From an uncultured Acidobacteriaceae bacterium (lineage in GTDB: Bacteria > Acidobacteriota > Terriglobia > Terriglobales > Acidobacteriaceae), in NCBI GenBank assembly GCA_963800025.1, contig CAWCZK010000005.1:269184-333183 (forward strand): a DNA stretch of 64,000 nt, written 5' to 3'. Position 1 is the stretch's first letter. Every line of letters starts with the position of its first letter. This document shows positions 60,487 to 64,000 of the stretch, one piece after another. The position numbers and the translations under genes were made by a program. Below the pieces are notes generated by a model. That model was not told the DNA's origin, ran no database searches, and was given only the letters and a program-made list of their open reading frames with translations.

Positions 60487-62637
60487 ATGAGCGGAGTGAT
60501 CCAAAAAATCGGGGTCGTGCTCGGCTTGCTGGCGTTTGGGTCTCCGGGAGCGCGCCCTGTCTCCGCGCAAGGTTCCGCGCAGGTTTCAAGTACGCCGCAG
60601 GGCGGCTTCACGCTCAAAGCAAACGCCGAGCTTGTGCTCACCAACGTAGTGGCGCGCGACGCCAAAACCGGCGAGCTCGTGAAAGGACTAAAGCAGAGCG
60701 ACTTCAAGATTTTTGAAAACGGAAAGGAGCAGCAGATCGACACTTTCGACTTCGAGAGTGTGGATATGGCCACACCGCTCAGGGAGGCCACGGTGAGCGG
60801 GCTTGCCGCCGGCCCCACCGGCAGCAAGGCCGTGGTGGTCGCCAAACCAGAAGAATTGCGCAACCACCGCTTGATTGTCATGTTCTTCGACCTGACTTCA
60901 ATGCAGCCCGAAGACCTGGAGCGCTGCGTGGATGCGGCGCGAGCGTTTCTTAAGACCAGGATGCAGCCGGCCGATCTCGTGGCTCTGGTCTCGCTCGGCG
61001 ACACCCTGAACGTCGACCAGGATTTTACCGCCGACAAAAACGCGCTCATGAACGAAGTTGGCGCCTATAACGGCACCGAGGGCCAGGGATTTGCGCAGGG
61101 CGCAAACTCCAATTCGAACCAGGTGGAAGATACGACCGCGTACACGCCCGACGAGAGCGAATACAACGATCTGAACACCGACCGCGAGCTTTTTGCGTTG
61201 CGCGCGATCTCGCAATCGCTCTCAAAAATCAATGAAAAGAAGTCGCTGCTCTACTTCTCCGGCGGTATCTCGCGCGACGGCATTGAGAACGAAGCTTCGC
61301 TACGGTCTGCGATCAACGCGGCGGTGCGCGCCGACCTGGCCATCTACAGCGTGGACACGCGTGGGTTGCAGGCTGTGACCCCGCTGGGTGATGCTTCGAC
61401 CGGCAGTTTGCGCGGGCAGAGCGGATTCAATGGCGGTGCGCTCGCCAACAACATGAACCAGAACTTTGCGACGCAGGAGGTGATGGCAACACTATCGAGC
61501 GACACCGGCGGCAAAGCATTCTTCGATTCGAATGACTTTGCGCCGGCTTTTGCGCAGGTGCAAAAAGATAATTCGGCCTACTACGCCATTGGATTCCACT
61601 CCACGAATCCTGCGCGCGACGGCAAGTACCGCAAGCTGACGGTGAAGATCGACCGGCCAGGTATCAAACTCGAATACCGGCCCGGCTACTATGCGCCCGC
61701 GGACTTCAGGCACTCCGGCAAGGAGGACCGCGAGCAGGAACTCCAGGATCAACTGGCCAGCGATCTGCCGGCCACCGACATGGCGGTCTATATGAACGCC
61801 ATGTACTTCCGTCTCGACGAAAACCGATTCTACATGCCGGTTTCCCTCGTCGTGCCCGGCTCGCAGATCCCGTTTGTCAAAGGTGGCGACAAAGACAAGG
61901 CCACGCTCGACATTATCGGAGCGGTGATCGATGAATCTCAGCGGCCGGTGGGGAGAGTGCGCGATACGGTCAAGCTCAATCTTGATCCGGCGCTTCAGGC
62001 GCGACAGAAGAACATCCAGTACACAACCAGCTTTAACCTGCCACCGGGCAAATATCAGCTCAAGTTCGTGGTTCGCGAAAACCAGACTGGACGGATGGGT
62101 TCGTTCATTGCAGACGTTACGCTACCGGATCTTAGGAAGGCTCCGTTGAAGATGAGTTCCATCGTGCTGGCATCGCAGCGCGGGCCAAGCAAGAAAGACG
62201 ACCCCCTGGTACGAAACGGCGAAGAATACGTGCCGAACATCAGCCACGTTTTTCGCCAGGACCAGCACATGTATCTTCTCTACGAAATCTACGATCCGGC
62301 CCACGATAAAGCCGCCGAAGGAGCGCCGAAGGAGTCCAAATCAGCGGTCGATCTGCTCAGCAGTCTGGAACTCATCCAGGGATCGGCAAAAGTCTACGAA
62401 ACGCCAATCGTACAAGCCAAGTCGATCAACGTCGAAGGGCGCAATGCCGTTTCGATTGAGCTCGATGTGCCTTTGAATGGGCTCACGCCGGGTCAATACG
62501 TTTGCCAGTTAAACGTGATTGACGACGCTGCAGGCAGCTTTGCCTTTCCGCGCTTTGCAATTCTGGTGCGCGGACCGGCGGCGCCACCAGGCGCGCCGCC
62601 CGCAGTCCAATCGTCGTCATCTGGCGAGGCTCAGTAA
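60487..62637 (+). CDS. Large VWA domain protein, acidobacterial VWFA-related type (VWA-3), with a degenerate MIDAS motif
   Basis: ORF 60487..62637. It has a signal peptide, ELVLTNVVARDAKTGELVKGLKQSDFKIFENGKEQQI (the same N-terminal beta domain as VWA-1 and VWA-2), and VMFFDLTSM in place of DxSGSM. It also has IYSVDTRG, GGKAFF, YAIGFHSTNPARDGKYRKLTVKI and a ~300-aa C-terminal extension. Confidence 0.8.
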   Translation: MSGVIQKIGVVLGLLAFGSPGARPVSAQGSAQVSSTPQGGFTLKANAELVLTNVVARDAKTGELVKGLKQSDFKIFENGKEQQIDTFDFESVDMATPLREATVSGLAAGPTGSKAVVVAKPEELRNHRLIVMFFDLTSMQPEDLERCVDAARAFLKTRMQPADLVALVSLGDTLNVDQDFTADKNALMNEVGAYNGTEGQGFAQGANSNSNQVEDTTAYTPDESEYNDLNTDRELFALRAISQSLSKINEKKSLLYFSGGISRDGIENEASLRSAINAAVRADLAIYSVDTRGLQAVTPLGDASTGSLRGQSGFNGGALANNMNQNFATQEVMATLSSDTGGKAFFDSNDFAPAFAQVQKDNSAYYAIGFHSTNPARDGKYRKLTVKIDRPGIKLEYRPGYYAPADFRHSGKEDREQELQDQLASDLPATDMAVYMNAMYFRLDENRFYMPVSLVVPGSQIPFVKGGDKDKATLDIIGAVIDESQRPVGRVRDTVKLNLDPALQARQKNIQYTTSFNLPPGKYQLKFVVRENQTGRMGSFIADVTLPDLRKAPLKMSSIVLASQRGPSKKDDPLVRNGEEYVPNISHVFRQDQHMYLLYEIYDPAHDKAAEGAPKESKSAVDLLSSLELIQGSAKVYETPIVQAKSINVEGRNAVSIELDVPLNGLTPGQYVCQLNVIDDAAGSFAFPRFAILVRGPAAPPGAPPAVQSSSSGEAQ

Positions 62638-62651
62638 GACTGCCCCTTGTC

Positions 62652-62685
62652 CCATCCATTTCGCGATGCCACGCGGAATGGATGG
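62652..62685. terminator. 9-bp-stem hairpin in the 50-nt spacer between convergent genes (candidate terminator)
   Basis: CCATCCATT (62652-62660) pairs with AATGGATGG (62677-62685). The loop is 16 nt. Confidence 0.4.
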
Positions 62686-62687
62686 CG

Positions 62688-62933
62688 TTACGCGCGCTTC
62701 AGCAGCCGGAGAATGGCCACCAGAATGATCGCGCCGCCTAAAGCGATCAACGTGCTGTAAAGGAATCCGCCGTGCGCGTCCAGGCCCAGGTGATCGGCGA
62801 TAAAGCCGCCTACCAAAGCGCCGGCAATGCCCAGAAGGATGTCCACGAAGAAGCCGTAGCCGGAGCCCTTCATGATCTTGCCCGTGAGCCAGCCTGCTAC
62901 CAGGTCGACCAGAATCCACATGAGAATTCCCAT
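62688..62933 (-). CDS. GlsB/YeaQ/YmgE-family (transglycosylase-associated) small membrane stress protein
   Basis: Inside ORF 62688..63029, trimmed to ATG 62933, which is preceded by GAGGAGGGAAAG. The product is MGILMWILVDLVAGWLTGKIMKGSGYGFFVDILLGIAGALVGGFI... Confidence 0.8.
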   Translation of the reverse strand: MGILMWILVDLVAGWLTGKIMKGSGYGFFVDILLGIAGALVGGFIADHLGLDAHGGFLYSTLIALGGAIILVAILRLLKRA

Positions 62934-63097
62934 CTTTCCCTCCTCGATCTTGAGAATCTGTTCGTTTTGAGCTGAGCCGGAGGTTTTGGGAAACCTCCGC
63001 AACGCGAAAGTAAGGCTCTGCTTCCGCAAGTCTGGATTTATAACACCGCCGCGTTACACTCAGCCAGCAGGAAATTTCATTGCGGCACTACCGGCTG

Positions 63098-63295
63098 CTA
63101 CTCGGCTTTCATCGGCTCGGATTTCGGGGCTGAATTCCCGGGAAAAGGGCAATGACGGCAGCTTGACCCGCAGCACGTCCCGCGCTTGAGGTGGTACGCG
63201 GCGGTGAAAACGAGATTCACCCCTTCGAAGTAGTAGTCTTCGGGTGCGAGCCCTGGCTGGGCGAGCGGCGCGGGAGTGGGTGTGTCTCGATCCAC
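63098..63295 (-). CDS. Small Cys-rich protein, DUF5522-like
   Basis: ORF 63098..63295. The motif YYFEGVNLVFTAAYHLKRGTCCGSSCRHCPF matches the pattern I recall for DUF5522. Confidence 0.6.
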   Translation of the reverse strand: MDRDTPTPAPLAQPGLAPEDYYFEGVNLVFTAAYHLKRGTCCGSSCRHCPFPGNSAPKSEPMKAE

Positions 63296-63365
63296 CTTCG
63301 TATTCTCTCGTAAATCCGCAGCATTTCGTCAGCGAATGTTTAGGCGCGCCCAGTAAAATCGAATC

Positions 63366-64000
63366 ATGGCACTTACCGCGCAAGATCGCGCCCGCAAAAT
63401 CAAAATCATCCTATTCGATGTGGATGGCGTTTGGACCGACGGCACCATCTGGTTGGTGCCCGGTTCTGCGCAGAGCGGAGTTCTGGAAGAACTCCGCGGC
63501 AAAGACAATATCGGCTTCGGCGTGCAATCGACCACCATGGTCGAGGCCAAAGGCTACAGCGCGCACGACGGCACGGCGATTTCGCTGGCGCGCCTCGGTG
63601 GGCTGAAGTGCGGCGTGATTACCAAGCGCATTAGTGAGACCGTGGCCACTCGCGCCCGCGATCTCAAACTTGAATTCGTCTACCAGGGTTGCGCCTTCAA
63701 GATGAAGGCGATTCGCGAAATTATCGCCCGGGAAGGCGTGGCGCTTGACGAGATCTGCTATGTGGGCGATGACGTAATCGACCTGCCGGCGATGCGTGAA
63801 GTGGGCTTCGCGGTGGCCGTTGCTAATGCGCGCGAACGCGTGAAAGCCGAAGCGCACTTCGTGACGCCGAACGGTGGCGGCTATGGCGCGGCGCGCGACG
63901 CGGTTGAGTTCATTCTGGAAGCCAAGGGCGTTTTGGACCAGTGCATCAACGCCTACATCGACGAACGCAACCCCATTCCGCCCTCGATGGATATCGGAAA
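63366..64000 (+). CDS. kdsC: HAD-IIIA phosphatase, KDO-8-phosphate phosphatase (KdsC)-like; the 3' end runs off the window
   Basis: Not in the ORF track because it runs off the edge. My translation from ATG 63366 gives MALTAQDRARKIKIILFDVDGVWTDG...GVITKRISETVATRARDLKLEFVYQG...ICYVGDDVIDLPAMREVGFAVAVANA...GGGYGAARDAVEFILEAKG. It has the DxDG nucleophile motif and the GDDxxD motif. Confidence 0.75.
   Translation, partial: MALTAQDRARKIKIILFDVDGVWTDGTIWLVPGSAQSGVLEELRGKDNIGFGVQSTTMVEAKGYSAHDGTAISLARLGGLKCGVITKRISETVATRARDLKLEFVYQGCAFKMKAIREIIAREGVALDEICYVGDDVIDLPAMREVGFAVAVANARERVKAEAHFVTPNGGGYGAARDAVEFILEAKGVLDQCINAYIDERNPIPPSMDIG

Noticed and set aside
1-64000. Window-wide scan for rRNA, tRNA, CRISPR arrays, transposases, integrases and prophage genes
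   Set aside because: I recognised none by eye. The intergenic regions are short and contain no cloverleaf-like or repeat-spacer structures that I could see. A tRNAscan, Infernal or CRISPR-finder run would be the decisive check.

Overview
GC-rich 64-kb chromosomal segment. Gene content points to an Acidobacteriota (Terriglobia-like) genome, which is an inference from family composition, not a database hit. The supporting families are three VWA proteins of the acidobacterial VWFA-related type, two >1100-aa TonB-dependent receptors with carboxypeptidase-regulatory-like N-termini, an amidase-GerMN operon and an Flp pilin. I support about 57 protein-coding genes, densely packed, many joined by 4-nt start/stop overlaps. 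By eye I found no rRNA, tRNA, CRISPR array, transposase or integrase.

Most genes are housekeeping:
- polyphosphate metabolism: ppx, ppk1, sixA
- envelope and lipid: lepB, murI, amidase, fabI, psd-pssA, kdsC
- t6A and repair: tsaE, tsaB, rimI, nnr
- others: purH, mntR-mntH

The unusual parts are:
1. At least eight single-nucleotide frame disruptions in otherwise well-conserved genes, plus an ACG at the expected start of one receptor. They affect the PAS-GGDEF-EAL gene (three), ppx, the GH3 signal peptide, fabI, the vapB tail and TonB-dependent receptor 2. These are either assembly indels or real gene decay.
2. A predicted pseudokinase fused through a TM helix and a Pro-rich linker to a TonB C-terminal domain.
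3. An AT-richer islet (about 19.9-21.7 kb) with an orphan Flp pilin, a 600-nt non-coding spacer carrying a duplicated module, two small unknown ORFs and 11-nt tandem repeats.
4. A family of 8-9-nt YAGCGGAGN tandem arrays directly after two stop codons.
5. Receptor-VWA and VWA-VWA modules of unknown function.
6. An amidase-GerMN-GT22 operon.
7. An Asd paralog without the catalytic cysteine.

All coordinates were derived by hand from the sequence and the ORF track. Start codons are the least certain element, and the track uses GTG/TTG starts and often over-extends N-termini.
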